From an uncultured Gemmatimonadales bacterium (GTDB taxonomy: Bacteria > Gemmatimonadota > Gemmatimonadetes > Gemmatimonadales > Gemmatimonadaceae), in contig CAVPQB010000003.1 of NCBI GenBank assembly GCA_963707505.1, forward strand, positions 96,001 to 160,000: a DNA stretch of 64,000 bases, read 5' to 3'. The translations under genes and the position numbers were made by a program. Positions 61,331-64,000 of the stretch are shown one piece after another. How positions within the stretch are numbered: position 1 is the stretch's first letter; each line of letters opens with the position of its first letter. Under the pieces are notes generated by a model, which saw nothing but the letters and a program-made list of their open reading frames with translations, was not told where the DNA came from and made no database searches.

Positions 61331-61376
61331 CGTCATTCCCGACATACCGTCATTCCCGCGAAAGCGGGAATGACGG
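61331..61376. repeat. REP/dRS3-like hairpin with a duplicated left arm, between convergent genes
   Basis: CCGTCATTCCCGC-GAAA-GCGGGAATGACGG (61347-61376), preceded by a second CGTCATTCCCG (61331-61341). Confidence 0.75.
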
Positions 61377-61405
61377 CTTCCAATAAGGATCTCCCCAATC
61401 GTATT

Positions 61406-62986
61406 TCATCGCTGGATGAATGGCGACTTGACTACATCCCTGCCCTGTTCCGCGGCGTTCTTCTCCAAGTTCGCGAGAGTTGGACGCCTGCCTCGCCACT
61501 CGCTCACGAAGTTTGAGTCCAACAGGTGATGCCTGCGTTGCAGTTCGGCGCGATACCATTCGGGTGGTAACAGCGGGATCGTCACAATAGTTACGTCGCG
61601 GCGCATCCCGAGAACTTCCTGCATGTACCAGAGGGGATAGGTGTCGTTGTCGCCGTTCGCCAGGAACACCGCGTTCTGAGGCACGGCGCCAAGTATCGCC
61701 CTGGAACCCCGCTCCGCGCGCTGCTGTTCATCGTGGCGGATCGCATGCACTGCCGACCAGTTGAGCGCACCGGGAAGCGCAGCTATGGCAACCGCCGCGA
61801 CGAGGATCGGGCCTGTCTTGACGGATCCCTGGCGGCGGTGTGCGATCCGGCGTGCAAGCTGCACGGCGCCGAATCCCGCCCATGCTCCCCAACACACGAA
61901 CGCCCACGTGAAGAAATAATCGCGATCGCGCGCTTCGTGCGGAACACCTGGCGGTATGATACCGGCGCCGTATGATGCGCCCGCGCGGAGATTGAGATAT
62001 AGTACGACGCCGATGCTGGTGGTGATCAGAAGTACCATCCACGTGAGCCAGCTTGCGCGATCGATCGACCTGTGGCGTATCGACCCGTAAATGCCAAGCA
62101 GCGCATACAGCACGGTCGCCGATGTACGCGCGAACGTCGGGCCGGGATCCGGGCCGAGCCCCAGTGCCACCTGCCAGTCAGCGTACTCCAGCACATTGCC
62201 AAACTGCAGCCATAGTGGCGCGCGACGGGGCCAGAGCGGTGCGACGTCGTACTGATGTCGTTGGATTACATCTATCAACGCCCCGATCGACGCTGGGTTG
62301 CCCTGATTGATTGCAGGATCATGCCACGCACGAAGCAACATGAACAGAACGACCGAACCGCCGACGAGGGATAGTACCAGGCCGAGAGCCAGGTATCGCG
62401 CTCTGGGCTTCTCGCGCGCGGAGAAGAATGCGTACAGCGCGGCTGGTACGACCAGCAGTGATGTCAGATGCAGCGACCATCCCAGTCCGCACGCATAGAG
62501 CGTGAGCAGAACCCAACGCGCGCCGAGTGTCAGGGCGTACTGTCGGGCGCACCACAGGATCGCGAATGCGCCGAACAGAGCGCACGCATATACCTCGGTT
62601 TCCGTGGCATTGAGCCACACGGTCGACATGAAACCGGCGGTGAGCGCACCAGCGAACGCCGCGAGCCCGTCACCCGTGGCGCGCCAGAAGATGTTTGCAA
62701 CGAGGCCAAACGCAGTTGCGGTAGCGAGCGCGGAGAACGCATTGACCGCGATCGTGAATCCGACCACGGGCGACGCGATCATGCTCCAAACGTGCGCCAT
62801 CAGCACGAAGAGCGGAGTTCCAGGCGGATGCGGAATTCCGAGCGAATGAATCGCTGCCAGAAATTCACCCGCGTCCCAGTACGTCATCCCCCTCGCCAGT
62901 GTCAGGCAGTAGACGACGAACAGTAATGCTGCCGCGGCGACGTCGGGCCTGACGACGCGCAGGGTCGCGCCGCGAACGCGTGTCAC
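61406..62986 (-). CDS. DUF2723 (TMEM260-like) GT-C-fold membrane protein
   Basis: YWDAGEF...LGIPHPPGTP, ATETEVY, EARDRDYFF and GDNDTYPLWY.QEV.G.R.DV motifs with many TM helices. Confidence 0.85.
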   Translation of the reverse strand: MTRVRGATLRVVRPDVAAAALLFVVYCLTLARGMTYWDAGEFLAAIHSLGIPHPPGTPLFVLMAHVWSMIASPVVGFTIAVNAFSALATATAFGLVANIFWRATGDGLAAFAGALTAGFMSTVWLNATETEVYACALFGAFAILWCARQYALTLGARWVLLTLYACGLGWSLHLTSLLVVPAALYAFFSAREKPRARYLALGLVLSLVGGSVVLFMLLRAWHDPAINQGNPASIGALIDVIQRHQYDVAPLWPRRAPLWLQFGNVLEYADWQVALGLGPDPGPTFARTSATVLYALLGIYGSIRHRSIDRASWLTWMVLLITTSIGVVLYLNLRAGASYGAGIIPPGVPHEARDRDYFFTWAFVCWGAWAGFGAVQLARRIAHRRQGSVKTGPILVAAVAIAALPGALNWSAVHAIRHDEQQRAERGSRAILGAVPQNAVFLANGDNDTYPLWYMQEVLGMRRDVTIVTIPLLPPEWYRAELQRRHHLLDSNFVSEWRGRRPTLANLEKNAAEQGRDVVKSPFIQR

Positions 62987-63582
62987 GCGCGCATTTCGCC
63001 CGCTGTTACGTGATCGTTGGTGAGACGTGGCATCTGACCGCCGAGTATCTCACGCAATTCGAGCGTGGTTAGCGAGTGATACATCGTTCCCTTGTAGGCG
63101 ACTGATATCGAAGCGTTCTCCTCGCTCACTACGACGACGAGTGAATCGGTCTCCTCGCTCAGTCCGAGCGCGGCGCGGTGACGCGTGCCCATCATGCGAT
63201 CGGGCAACGCGGACTGCGAAAGTGGAAGTATGCATCCGGCGCCGACAATGACGTTACCGCGAATTATCACAGCCCCGTCGTGCAGCGGCGTGTACGGCGT
63301 GAAGATCGTGACGATGAGGTCGGACGACGCGTTTGCCTGCAACTCTGTTCCGGTATCCGCATACTCGGTCAGGGTCATATCCTGCTCCAGCACGATAATC
63401 GCGCCATGCGACGACCGGCTCAGGCGATCCACGGCATCCACGACTTCCTCGGCGATCTCGATTCGCGGAACGCGGCGCAGGAAGCGCGCGGTGCGTGGAT
63501 TACGCATGCGGTAGAAGATCGCGCGCACCTCGGGCTGGAAAAGGATGAGCGCCGCGATCACCGCCAACTCGATCCACGTCAC
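62983..63582 (-). CDS. cdaA: Diadenylate cyclase CdaA/DacA with a single N-terminal TM
   Basis: FQPEVR, GAIIV, PLHDGAVII, CILPLS, GTRHRAALGLSEETD and VSEE motifs. Confidence 0.92.
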   Translation of the reverse strand: MTWIELAVIAALILFQPEVRAIFYRMRNPRTARFLRRVPRIEIAEEVVDAVDRLSRSSHGAIIVLEQDMTLTEYADTGTELQANASSDLIVTIFTPYTPLHDGAVIIRGNVIVGAGCILPLSQSALPDRMMGTRHRAALGLSEETDSLVVVVSEENASISVAYKGTMYHSLTTLELREILGGQMPRLTNDHVTAGEMRA

Positions 63583-64000
63583 GCACCCGCCCCGAGGATT
63601 GCGGCGGCGGCATCGAGCGCGTGGCGATTGTCCCGCACATCGTGCACGCGGAACCAGGTCGCGCCGAGGGTCAGCGCGACCACGTTTGCTCCGATGGTCC
63701 CTGCGTCCCGCTCAGCTGGCTTCGTCACGCCTGTCAACTCTCCAATGAACCGTTTGCGCGATGCGCCAACCATCACCTGAAAGTCAAGGTCGGCCAATCG
63801 CGCAAGATGCGCAAGTGCCTGCACAGAATGCTCGGTACGCTTGGAGAATCCGACGCCTGGATCGAGTACTATCCGGTCCCGAGCGACGCCAGCCGCGAGC
63901 GCTTTTTTTGCCGCTGGCTCGAGCTCCCGGATGATCTCGCCCATCACATCGCCGTAGCCAGCATTCTCGTAGCTGGCCATGTTCCCCACATTACCGCGTG
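63579..64000 (-). CDS. folP: Dihydropteroate synthase (C-terminal part; start outside the window)
   Basis: IVLDPGVGFSK, GASRKRFIG and RVHDV motifs. Confidence 0.95.
   Translation of the reverse strand, partial: RGNVGNMASYENAGYGDVMGEIIRELEPAAKKALAAGVARDRIVLDPGVGFSKRTEHSVQALAHLARLADLDFQVMVGASRKRFIGELTGVTKPAERDAGTIGANVVALTLGATWFRVHDVRDNRHALDAAAAILGAGA

Overview
This is a gene-dense, high-GC core-chromosome segment, mostly on the minus strand. Gene content and order suggest Gemmatimonadota (inference). In order it holds: ribE/ribD, an outer-membrane protein, purM, a PfkB kinase, argS, a zinc-ribbon protein, methylmalonyl-CoA mutase, fbp, a minimal ComEC with a HExxH protein, miaB, a hybrid kinase, an OMP/lipoprotein pair, cdd-deoB-alr, mazG, asnS, an orphan HAMP kinase plus lipoprotein, recG and ftsY. 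Next come the dcw cluster (rsmH to ftsZ plus an M23 peptidase) and tRNA-Val(TAC). A receptor-less chemosensory cluster (cheW-Y-A-C-small ORF-DUF4388/TPR-cheR-cheB-TPR) is attached to the yggS-divIVA-ileS-dksA-lspA-rluD run. The window ends with sahR-ahcY and folP-cdaA-DUF2723. No mobile element, prophage or CRISPR array was seen. Single-base frameshifts in murC, ftsI, ahcY and cheB (possibly also murD) most likely reflect sequencing or assembly indels. The best candidates for novelty are the MCP-less Che/TPR/DUF4388 module, a structured leader that could sequester the SD of a small membrane Zn-ribbon gene, N-terminally trimmed MurE and CdaA, an IleRS2 with a GIHH signature, and an rluD with no canonical start codon. 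All calls come from reading motifs by eye; no database searches were run.
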